Source: Candidatus Hydrogenedentota bacterium (GTDB taxonomy: Bacteria > Hydrogenedentota > Hydrogenedentia > Hydrogenedentales > SLHB01). From it: DNA of 64,000 nucleotides. A program made the position numbers and the translations under genes. Numbering within the stretch: position 1 is the stretch's first letter; each line of letters begins with the position of its first letter. This document shows, one piece after another, positions 1-8,506 of this stretch. The notes under the pieces were generated by a model. That model did not search any database. It saw only the letters and a list, made by a program, of their open reading frames with translations, and was not told where the DNA came from. The stretch lies in assembly GCA_963745075.1 (NCBI GenBank), contig CAVUWV010000018.1:32001-96000 (forward strand), given 5' to 3'.

Positions 1-2271
1 TCCACCCAATTGAACCCGGCCGCCACCCAAGGAAGTCACCGCGTTTCCATCATTGAGGATAACGTTTGTGTCGGGTCCGATCCTGCGCGTGTCACCGGCA
101 AGCCTTTCCGGCGACGGCCACGCGGACTGCAATTCGTAAACATTCATGTCGACGATCCGGGCGCCGGTGCCTACCGCATCCAATGACAGGCTGGTGTCGT
201 CCGGATCGAGAATAGCGCCGACGGGAAGGTACGCGTGTCCGTCGTTGGCGTAGATCTCGATGGATGTTCGGTCGACGAGGATGCGCAAGCGAATCCGGCC
301 GTCGTCACTCTGCAGCGGTGCTTCGAAATTCTGGCAAATCAATTTGCTTGCCGTGACGTCGTAGACGATCGGCATTCCGCGGACATTCAACTCAATCTTC
401 TCCGCGTCGCCGACATCGATTTCGGTGTCGATGTCGAAGAGTTCACCGCGCACATCAGCGAGTGGGTTCTCGCCGGGAACAATCACCTGGTTTTCCCAAT
501 GATGCTTAGTCGTATGCAGCGCTTCGATCTCGCGCACGGGATAGGCAAACATGCGGATGCCCTCGTCCGTGGTATGCAAGGTGAGTTCGACGGGGAAGGT
601 CATCATCTGATTGAACGGCATGCCGGGCATGTTGACGCGTCCCCAGCCGATTTGGATCCGGCGCGCGTCGCTTTTCGGGACGCTGTTGTAGGTTTGCGAC
701 GCGTAGAAGCAGTCGCCATAGCTATACCGGATTAACTCCGATTCGGGATGGAAGGCCGTGCCGTCGAATTCGCCAATCATGTAGTCGCCGGAACCACCGT
801 AGACTACCCACTTCGGGTTATCGTCGTCACCGTCGACGGGCAACTCAAAGAGTTCGGGGCATTCGTAAAAGCCTTTCAGTTCGCTTTGCAGGTGCCAGGA
901 TTGAAGATCCTTCGATGTAAAGAAGCCGATATTCTTGTCTTCGAGGTAGAGGACAATCACCCATTGCCGGGACGGTTCGTGCCAGATCATCTTGGGGTCG
1001 CGGTTGCTGCCACGGATATGCCGTTGGACGGGGTTGCCTGGGTACTTGGTCCAAGTGCGGCCACGGTCGTTGCTGTAGGCGAGGGATTGGGTGAAGGGTT
1101 GTCCTTCGGACAAGAAGGCATTGGTGCCGCCTGCGGAGGTGTAGGCGGCCACAATCGGATCCTCATCGCCTGTCTTGAAGCCGGTCGTGTTCTGCGTGTC
1201 CACGACGGCGGAACCCGAGAAGATCGTTCCGAGCGGGTCGGGATGAATGGCGTCGCCCAGTTCGGTCCAGTGCACGAGGTCCGGGCTGACGGCATGGCCC
1301 CAGGTCATGTTCCCCCACTTCCAGCCGAAGGGATTGTGCTGGTAGAAGAGGTGCCATTCGCCTTTGTAGTAGACGAGGCCGTTGGGATCGTTGTTCCAGC
1401 CGCGCCGGGACGTGAAATGAAACTGGGGACGATACTTCTCGCGATAGAGGTTCTCGAAACCCGGCACGATGTCGGATTGCCGGACCGCTTGGAAGCCGTC
1501 AGCAACCGATCCTTCGTACGCAAAGCGGTTGGTGGAAACGATCACGGACTTGCCCTGAAACTCGTCCAATCTGACGTAAACCCAGAAGTCGGGTTCGCCG
1601 TCGGCCAACTCGATGGTGAACATTCGTGTGACTTTGCCATCGACTTCGATCGCGAAGACTTGCGATGGCGCGCCGTTCTTTACAGGGAGAATCAGATACG
1701 GCTTGGACACCGTGAAGGTGCGCGACTGGCGGTCGATGACCGGGTTGGCGTCGTCGCTCTGGCAGATGTAGTCGACATTGATGTGGCCCCATCCCTCGCT
1801 CCGGGCGTCTACGATCTCAAGGTGAGCCTGTTGGTTCTCGAACTCGGACACCTCCCAAGACTTCCACTCAAGGGCTTCCGATCCACCGGGTTTGTCGTTG
1901 GGCCCGGTCACGGTACGGACGACTTTGCCGTCCACAAGGAGGTTCATGCAGGTTTCGCCTGGGTACTTGCCGCCGCCGATGAGGAAGGTGATGTAGGGTC
2001 GTTGAATGACGAAGGGTTCCGAGACGAGCTTGCCGGTTGGACCATCACCACCGAGGAAGGAATTGACGAGTCTAATGCCTTGAAAACCTGACACGGCCAT
2101 CTGGCCGTCAAGGGTACCCGCAGCGGGTCCCGTTCCGAAGGCCTCTCCTTGCGCAGTCCAACCGTGATAGGAGTCCTGTTCGAAGTCGGCGATCACGGTC
2201 ACATCTGATGCCCACACGACCGGGATAATGAGGTGGAGGAACATCACGATGCAAGGTTGGAGTTTCGGCAT
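1..2271 (-). CDS. Secreted glycoside hydrolase family 32 (levanase/beta-fructofuranosidase-like) with N-terminal accessory domains; runs off the window start
   Basis: Hand translation from ATG 2271: MPKLQPCIVMFLHLIIPVVWAS (signal peptide) ... YRPQFHFTSRRGWNNDPNG, WGHAVS, FSGSAVVD, RDP, YECP (GH32 catalytic motifs). No stop before position 1, so it is absent from the ORF track. Confidence 0.9.
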   Translation of the reverse strand, partial: MPKLQPCIVMFLHLIIPVVWASDVTVIADFEQDSYHGWTAQGEAFGTGPAAGTLDGQMAVSGFQGIRLVNSFLGGDGPTGKLVSEPFVIQRPYITFLIGGGKYPGETCMNLLVDGKVVRTVTGPNDKPGGSEALEWKSWEVSEFENQQAHLEIVDARSEGWGHINVDYICQSDDANPVIDRQSRTFTVSKPYLILPVKNGAPSQVFAIEVDGKVTRMFTIELADGEPDFWVYVRLDEFQGKSVIVSTNRFAYEGSVADGFQAVRQSDIVPGFENLYREKYRPQFHFTSRRGWNNDPNGLVYYKGEWHLFYQHNPFGWKWGNMTWGHAVSPDLVHWTELGDAIHPDPLGTIFSGSAVVDTQNTTGFKTGDEDPIVAAYTSAGGTNAFLSEGQPFTQSLAYSNDRGRTWTKYPGNPVQRHIRGSNRDPKMIWHEPSRQWVIVLYLEDKNIGFFTSKDLQSWHLQSELKGFYECPELFELPVDGDDDNPKWVVYGGSGDYMIGEFDGTAFHPESELIRYSYGDCFYASQTYNSVPKSDARRIQIGWGRVNMPGMPFNQMMTFPVELTLHTTDEGIRMFAYPVREIEALHTTKHHWENQVIVPGENPLADVRGELFDIDTEIDVGDAEKIELNVRGMPIVYDVTASKLICQNFEAPLQSDDGRIRLRILVDRTSIEIYANDGHAYLPVGAILDPDDTSLSLDAVGTGARIVDMNVYELQSAWPSPERLAGDTRRIGPDTNVILNDGNAVTSLGGGRVQLGG

Positions 2272-2500
2272 GTCTGGTTCCCGTTCTCGGATGTTATGGA
2301 TGTCTGAAGAGGAATTGCCTCGCGGAACTATAAGTAATATATATCTTACTCACAAAATTCTGAGTCATGTTGGGACTCTCGAAAGCAGTTTGAGTGCGTT
2401 CTTGAATCGTGGACCGTTCAGGCGCTCCGCTCTCAGGGACGAATTGCGCTGATTGCCTCGTCGCGAGAAACACAGGCGTTTCAACATGGTTTCAAATGAT

Positions 2501-4225
2501 TCAAACAGGTAGTTTCAATGCTTCCTTTACCCAATCTTTAACGGTACCAATAACTTCATTGATGTCAAGCGTACCGTATTCGCCGGAATCGCGGCGTTTC
2601 CACTCCACTTTTCCGTCGGACAGGTTTCGTTCACTAACGATGAGGCGGAACGGGACGCCCAAGAGGTCGGCGTCGGCAAATTGGGCACCTGGCCGGGCGT
2701 CTCGGTCGTCGTACACAACTTCCAGCTCGGCCGCGCGAAGATCGGAGTAAAGTTTTTCTGACGTATCGCGAACGCCGGGCGCATCCAGTTTCAGCGCGTT
2801 CAAATGGACTTGCCAAGGTGCCACCCAGATGGGCCATTTGGGGCCGAACTTGTCCCGGTGGACCTCCATGATGGAGCTCATAAGGCGGCCGATTCCGATC
2901 CCGTAGCAGCCCATGATGGGCACACAAGATTTGCCATTCTCGTCGTTGTATGTCATACCCATGGACTCGGTATATTTCGTGCCGAGCTGGAAGATATTTC
3001 CGACTTCGATGCCGCGCTGGAGTGTAATCTTTCCATTACCCTCTGGAAGCCCGTCTCCGTCTTGCAAGGCGCACACGTCGACAGTCTTCACGCCCGGCAG
3101 GTCGCGGTACAAATTAAAATTCTTGTGGTGGTAGTCGACCTCGTTGGCGCCCGTGACGAGGTTGTTGGACTGGGCGACCGTGTGGTCGACGACGAGCCGC
3201 CACTTTGAGGCGTCGAGACCCATGGGCGACGCGTAGCCGGGGATGGAACCGGCGGCCGTGATGCGTTCGTCGGAGGCCGGTGCGGGCATGACCTGGAGCA
3301 CCTTGGCGAGTTTGATCTCGTTGACGTCCCGGTCGCCACGGATGATGACCATGACGGGTTTGCCGTCGGCGTCGGCATCGTAGAAGACGGCCTTGGCCGT
3401 CTGATGGGTCGGCACGCCGAGGAATCCGGCGACCTCTTCGATGGTCTTCTTGCCGGGAGTGTGGACCTTTTCCAGGGGCTGCGGGTCCGCGGGATAGCCT
3501 TCGATGACGCCCTCGGCGACTTCGAGGTTGGCGTAATAGCCCGCTTCGGGGCAGGTGGCGATGGTGTCCTCCCCCACTTCGGTCAGGAGAATAAACTCGT
3601 GGGCGACCTTACCGCCCATCATGCCAGTGTCCGAGGCCACCGCGACGACCTCCGGCAGTCCGACGCGGGCAAAGATGCGGTGATAGGCCTGATAGCAGTC
3701 CTCGTAGTAGCGTTCGAGGTCTTCCTGGGTCGTGTGAAAGGAATAGCCGTCTTTCATGGTGAATTCACGGACGCGGATGAGGCCGCCGCGGGACCGGGGT
3801 TCGTCCCGGAACTTGGTCTGGATCTGATAGACCATGAAGGGCAACTGCGTGTGACTGTTGATTTCGTTCCGGCACAGGTGGACAACGCCCTCTTCGTGGG
3901 TCATAGCGAGGACCATCTCGTGGCCGGTGCGATCCTTGAACCGGCACAATTCGGAACCAACGCTCGTGTAACGGCCGGACTCGTCCCATAGTTCCCTGGG
4001 TTGGACCACGGGCATGAGGACTTCCTGGCCGCCGATGCGGTCCATCTCTTCGCGGACGATCTGTTCGATCTTATGGATGACGCGGAACCCCGGCGGGAGC
4101 AGCGAATAGATGCCGTTGGCGACCTGCCGCGCGTATCCGCCACGCAGGAGAAAGGCGTGGCTCTCCAGGGCAGCCTCGGCGGGCCGTTCTTTGTACCGCG
4201 TTCCAACGAGTTGACTCATTCGCAT
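2501..4225 (-). CDS. proS: Proline--tRNA ligase (bacterial type with editing domain)
   Basis: QIQTKFRDEPRSRGGLIRVREFTMKD, GIEVGNIFQLG, MGCYGIGIGR, C-terminal anticodon-binding domain. Confidence 0.97.
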   Translation of the reverse strand: MRMSQLVGTRYKERPAEAALESHAFLLRGGYARQVANGIYSLLPPGFRVIHKIEQIVREEMDRIGGQEVLMPVVQPRELWDESGRYTSVGSELCRFKDRTGHEMVLAMTHEEGVVHLCRNEINSHTQLPFMVYQIQTKFRDEPRSRGGLIRVREFTMKDGYSFHTTQEDLERYYEDCYQAYHRIFARVGLPEVVAVASDTGMMGGKVAHEFILLTEVGEDTIATCPEAGYYANLEVAEGVIEGYPADPQPLEKVHTPGKKTIEEVAGFLGVPTHQTAKAVFYDADADGKPVMVIIRGDRDVNEIKLAKVLQVMPAPASDERITAAGSIPGYASPMGLDASKWRLVVDHTVAQSNNLVTGANEVDYHHKNFNLYRDLPGVKTVDVCALQDGDGLPEGNGKITLQRGIEVGNIFQLGTKYTESMGMTYNDENGKSCVPIMGCYGIGIGRLMSSIMEVHRDKFGPKWPIWVAPWQVHLNALKLDAPGVRDTSEKLYSDLRAAELEVVYDDRDARPGAQFADADLLGVPFRLIVSERNLSDGKVEWKRRDSGEYGTLDINEVIGTVKDWVKEALKLPV

Positions 4226-4353
4226 GGTTTTAATCGCTCCGCTATGGGTTGCGCCTGCGACCTGGGCCTGCCGCAGACGGATCGTTCAAGAATACCGGGG
4301 GAGGCGGAAGGATAGCGTGTAGACGTGGAGGGGCGCAACCGAAGAAGGAACTG

Positions 4354-4430
4354 TCCGCAGATTACGCCGATAGTCGCAGATGATCACAAGAGATTTAGGG
4401 TCCACAGATTACACAGATTTGCACAGATTC
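4354..4430. repeat. CAGAT(T)-periodic short dispersed repeat (REP-like)
   Basis: ccgcagattacgccgat...agggtccacagattacacagatttgcacagatt; near-identical reverse-complement copy at 34208-34237. Confidence 0.7.
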
Positions 4431-4543
4431 AAGAATCAAGAATGAGCGTCGAAAAAGAACGGGCCGCTGACTAAACCATGGCAGACTCGTTGGGGTACCT
4501 AATTAGCGCATTTCAAGGTATTCCGTGTCCTCTTAATCGAGTT

Positions 4544-4681
4544 TCGTAATCGGTCTCGTACTCGTGCTCGATGAGATGCGGTTTCTTGTCGCGGTGGAGA
4601 AATGACGTGTTGGGTTCGCCATACCGCAACTTTTCCCGCTCGACGATTCGAGTACGAGTACGAAGTACGAGAACGAGTACG
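4544..4681. repeat. Inverted pair of CGA-hexamer arrays (TCGTAA/TCGTAC/TCGTGC ... CGAGTA)
   Basis: tcgtaatcggtctcgtactcgtgctcg (4544-4570) and cgagtacgagtacgaagtacgagaacgagtac (4649-4681). Confidence 0.65.
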
Positions 4682-4747
4682 TGTGGTCAGCAACGGCTAC
4701 GAGAACACTTAAACCGTTCTAATCAACAAACTGCCAACCTCCCCAGG

Positions 4748-5404
4748 TCATTCGCCGTATGCTGTTTGTCCCCTCGCCCTTCTAAATCCGTTTCGGAAGA
4801 ATTCCCGCAGGCGGGTGATCTGTCTCCGGATCAAGCGGAATACTTTTGGCAGGAGCCAGAGGGCGAAGCAGATGAAAACCATCACAATGCCGAAGAGAAT
4901 GATCGGGTGGGAAAAGAACAGCCATGCGCCGACGAAGGTCACGGCGTCTTCGGTGAGGCTGACGGCGGAATTGGTGAAGGGTTCGGGGCTGTGGTTGACG
5001 ACGAGACGGGTGCCGGCTTTGGTGGAATGGCTGAGCAGGGCGACGCTGCCGCAGAGGATAATGAGGCCGACTTTGACTGCGGGCGGCAGATCCGTGGCGC
5101 TGGTGGCGACGATAACGACGGCGCCAATGGGCCGAATGACGGTGTGAAAGACGTCCCAGGCGCTGTCGACCCAGGGGATCTTGTCGGCGAAGAATTCGGC
5201 GGTGAAGGCGATGGCGGCCGGGATCAGGACGTAGGGATGGGCGAGCACTTCAAGCTGCTGGAGGTAGGGCGGTGGCGTGAAAAAGTCGAACCGGATGGCG
5301 AGTCCCAGAGCGAGGATGGTGGCGTAAAGGTTGATGCCGGAAATGAAGCCGAGACCCATGACGGTGCCGAGGAGCGCGACGATGTCCATTTCCGATGGCT
5401 CCAT
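4748..5404 (-). CDS. DUF4126-family membrane protein
   Basis: GINLYAT, EFFADKIPWVDSAWD, SPEPFTNSAVSLTED; several hydrophobic segments. Confidence 0.85.
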   Translation of the reverse strand: MEPSEMDIVALLGTVMGLGFISGINLYATILALGLAIRFDFFTPPPYLQQLEVLAHPYVLIPAAIAFTAEFFADKIPWVDSAWDVFHTVIRPIGAVVIVATSATDLPPAVKVGLIILCGSVALLSHSTKAGTRLVVNHSPEPFTNSAVSLTEDAVTFVGAWLFFSHPIILFGIVMVFICFALWLLPKVFRLIRRQITRLREFFRNGFRRARGQTAYGE

Positions 5405-5505
5405 TGCTTAAGACAGAGGATGATAGGAAGCATAGCGAATTGCCTCGGGGAGGACAATGTCGATTGCGGATTAAGGACTGGAAAGAAGGCCGGAGACTTG
5501 GTTTA

Positions 5506-5588
5506 ATCGGGATCGGGATCGGGATCACGTTGGGTTGCGCGTCTCACTTCGATCCCGATCCCGATCCCGATTTCGATCCCGATTTCGA
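5506..5588. repeat. Inverted GGGATC / GATCCC hexamer arrays forming a potential hairpin
   Basis: atcgggatcgggatcgggatc ... gatcccgatcccgatcccgatttcgatcccgatttcg. Confidence 0.7.
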
Positions 5589-5979
5589 GAGTACTGTACG
5601 TTTCAACCATGCACGACCGTTCTTGGTTCCGGCAACCTCTATAGAGGTCCCCACTCAAGAATGCATGTTTGCCGCGAACGTACGGTTCATCTCCCCATAG
5701 GGGAACCCGTCATACCACAACAGCACCGCGCTGCTGACCATGTCTCAGCCTAATTCCAGTGCAACGCCCGATCTCTATCTATAGGGAGAACTCTGCCCAT
5801 GAAAGACGACGCCGAATCCGCACCCGCCCCGGCATTCCCGAAGATCCGCAATGTGCGACCCCCTTGTTTCGTCAAAAAACCGAGGGGGTGCAGTTTCGGA
5901 TTGCCGACTGCAGATTGGAAGGAAGCATTCGCGGGCAATCGGACTAAGAGCGTCTTCTGCTCGACCGCAGAAACACGGT

Positions 5980-6203
5980 GGCCTGAAGGGCCAAGGTACC
6001 TCTAGCCCCGGGTTGGCCGCAGCGAAGCAAGGCCTACCCGGGGTCTGCAGACCCTCTCCGGATCGGTACCCTGAAAGGGTTTCGTACCAATGGCTTCTAC
6101 GAATCCCCTACGGGGAAGCAGTGGTGGGGGTGGACCGGCTGACCCCGGGTAGCGTCGCTTCGCGCCGCAACCCGGGGCTGTTGGTACATAGTCCCTTCGG
6201 GAC
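5980..6203. repeat. REPIN-like composite palindromic element
   Basis: Arm agccccgggttg..gcgaagc..ctacccggggtc (6004-6045) and its inverted copy (6141-6179), plus short hairpins ggcctgaagggcc, accctgaaagggt, tcccctacgggga, gtcccttcgggac. Confidence 0.75.
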
Positions 6204-6479
6204 ATTTCGGCGGCTTGGCGCCGCCGCATGAATGGTCCAAGTTGTCAGCGCATACGCAATCGCGGTCCAGATTCCGTGGGTGCACGACGGCGGGTAACGC
6301 CAAAACGCGAACATCATACGTCAACCGGTCAACGTTGAAGCATCCACGGTTTTGGCGCGATTGCACTGGAAGAAAGGCTGGCGACCCGGAACCATCGCGG
6401 TATGCTATCGTATGAATAGGTGTGATTCGACATTTCGGCTGTGGGGACCCGGCTCGAAACAACTGCGGGAGGTTACGCG

Positions 6480-7172
6480 ATGAACTCCGTCCAACGTGTA
6501 GTGTTTGCGGCCCTTTGTGTGGTGGTTGCGGCGGTTTTGACCGGATGTCAGACGGTGGGTGTGCAATCCTTCGAAATGACGAGGGTCAAACCCAAACCGG
6601 GAGAGGTCCTCAAGGTCGACCATGTGATTCTGCTGGCAGATGTCACCGGATCTACCGGTGAAGATGCCGTGTTCGAGCGGGAGAAGAGTCTGATGCAGGC
6701 TTTCGTGGCGGCCATGCCCGACCTGAACTACCAAATGGGGTTCTATTCGTTCGCGGGGAATTCCCAGTCGGACTGGACGCAGGTTCATTTGGGTGAGGGA
6801 AATTTGGATGTCCTCGCCAATTGCGCTTCGAGTCTGCAATACGTTGGCGGATTGACGCCATTGCATGAGGCGGTACTGGCGACCAAAGACGATTTCGAGG
6901 CGAATGACGGCGATGCCGCCTTGGTGGTGTTTTCCGACGGGCGCACGCATCCGCACGAGCGGGTCATCGAGGCCTGCGAGGCGGTGGCATACCCGCACAT
7001 CGGCCGATTATGCATTTATACCGTGAACGTTGGGCACAGCGATTCGGGAGAGGATTTGCTGGAGAAGATGGCCGATTCCACGAGCTGCGGGCGAGCCTGG
7101 CAGGCGGCGGAGGTGAGTTCGCCTGAGGGGATGGAAGCGATGGTGCGGGAAATCTTTTTCGAGGCTGGGTAG
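6480..7172 (+). CDS. vWA-domain lipoprotein (probably the N-terminal part of a vWA-OmpA fusion)
   Basis: GGAGG RBS, lipobox LTGC, MIDAS-like DVTGS, GLTPL, VFSDG. Confidence 0.75.
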   Translation: MNSVQRVVFAALCVVVAAVLTGCQTVGVQSFEMTRVKPKPGEVLKVDHVILLADVTGSTGEDAVFEREKSLMQAFVAAMPDLNYQMGFYSFAGNSQSDWTQVHLGEGNLDVLANCASSLQYVGGLTPLHEAVLATKDDFEANDGDAALVVFSDGRTHPHERVIEACEAVAYPHIGRLCIYTVNVGHSDSGEDLLEKMADSTSCGRAWQAAEVSSPEGMEAMVREIFFEAG

Positions 7173-7221
7173 AAACGAGATTCCAGCAGTTATCCGAAGG
7201 GCTACGGACAGGTTCTGCAGA

Positions 7222-7547
7222 ATGATGCTGTTCGACTTGGACAAGGTCGTGATCAGGCCGGAAGGAAAGCGGAATTGGACAAATTCGTCGCCACACTGAA
7301 GAAGCGCCCGTCCGATACCGTATCGTGTAGAGGGGCATACGTGCGACCTCGGTTCTGCCGAATCCAATATGGTATTGAGCCAGCGTCGGGCCGACGCCGT
7401 GAAGGCATATATGATTGAGCAGGGATTGACGGCAGTCGCATCACAACCAGGGCATGTGGAGAGACACAGCCAGCCGTGCCAAACGACGGCCCCGCCAACC
7501 GGAAACTGAACCGCCGTGTGGTGATCGACTACTTCTACGGAAAATAG
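7222..7547 (+). pseudogene. OmpA-like peptidoglycan-binding domain broken by about 3 frameshifts
   Basis: Pieced translation MLFDLDKVVIRPEG / AELDKFVATLKKRPSDTV / RVEGHTCDLGSAESNMVLSQRRADAVKAYMIEQG / IDGSRITTRACGETQPAVPNDGPANRKLNRRV. Confidence 0.8.
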
Positions 7548-7655
7548 GCCCATGCTCGCCGCCGACAGAAACGAACGGCATTCCATAGTCAGCGAACTCG
7601 GATCGGCCACGCGGTTCCCGCAGCGCAGGATGGTGCCTGGCGGTCCCAGTAAGGC

Positions 7656-7695
7656 ACAGCCGTGGGGCGGGTGATTGGCCCGCCCCTACGGCTGT
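7656..7695. terminator. GC-rich hairpin between convergent genes (bidirectional terminator or GTAG-type REP)
   Basis: acagccgt-ggggcggg tgattgg cccgcccc-tacggctgt. Confidence 0.55.
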
Positions 7696-7711
7696 TGGGC
7701 AGGAGGAATTT

Positions 7712-8210
7712 CTATCCCTGCTCGTCGGCGGAGGGGCCGTAGAGCGCGGGGACGGGGATATCCAGCATGCGGAGGTAGACGCCGAGTTGGGCGCGGTGGT
7801 GGATGGAGTGGTTGAACATCATGCTCCGTAGCACGGCCACGCGGGGCATTTCGAAGAGGGGCTGGCCGTCCATGGTCATCTTCCACGGCTTGAGCATGTC
7901 GGCGTCGGAGGTGCCGGTCATGGCGTCAATGGCGTCCTTGACCTTGGCGTCGTAGTCTTCGAGCATCTGCTTTACGGACGCGGCTTTGTACGGGACGTAG
8001 TCCTTCCTGTCGAAGTTGAACTCGTCCTGCTTCATGGTGGGTTCGAACCCAATGGGGGATGTCGGACAGATGAGCGGCCAACTCCCCTAAGGTCATAGAC
8101 TTATCGTGGGGTTTCCAAGCGAACTTGTCTTCAGGAACCCGCGCGAGGACTTTGCGGGTTTGCGCCGCCTCGTGGTTGTACTCGTTCAACATACCGTCAA
8201 TGATCGCCAT
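7712..8210 (-). CDS. DinB/YfiT-superfamily protein (possible thiol S-transferase); +1 frameshift near 8047
   Basis: MAIIDGMLNEYNHEAAQTRKVLARVPEDKFAWKPHDKSMTLGELAAHL joined to ...FNHSIHHRAQLGVYLRMLDIPVPALYGPSADE; three His ligands. Confidence 0.85.
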
Positions 8211-8253
8211 GTGTATTTCTCCTAGGGTTGGTTGTTGGAATGCACCGGTGATA

Positions 8254-8302
8254 CTGAAATTAAATTCAGGTAAATTAAACCATGATTCGGCCCATTTGTC
8301 AA
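8254..8302 (-). promoter_or_regulatory. Sigma70 promoter of the DinB gene with an adjacent palindromic operator
   Basis: Minus strand TTGACA-17 bp-TTTAAT with extended TG; CTGAA-N6-TTCAG palindrome at 8254-8269. Confidence 0.6.
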
Positions 8303-8506
8303 TGCTTTTATTCAGCAGGGCAATCGCAGTTGGTGCATCGTATCCGGTCGACGCTCCGAACCCCGCCAAGCTGGTGCCTGGCGCTCCCAGTGGCGCCACG
8401 ACAGTGCATTCCCGCCGGTTAATCGAAGTCGGCCCCGCCACACACCGGTACTTTTGTGAGAGGGTTCAATGCGTCTGTATAGGATAGAGACGACGTACAG
8501 ACCGTC

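Noticed and set aside
235..2091. Plus-strand ORFs 235-735 and 748-2091
   Set aside because: They are in-register antisense shadows of the minus-strand GH32 gene and have no recognisable motifs.
5395..5700. ORF with a DPDPDPDFDPDF repeat
   Set aside because: It is just the translation of the GATCCC hexamer array, with no other coding evidence.
4354..6203. Repeat-rich stretch as a CRISPR array
   Set aside because: No constant repeat with regular unique spacers, and no cas genes.
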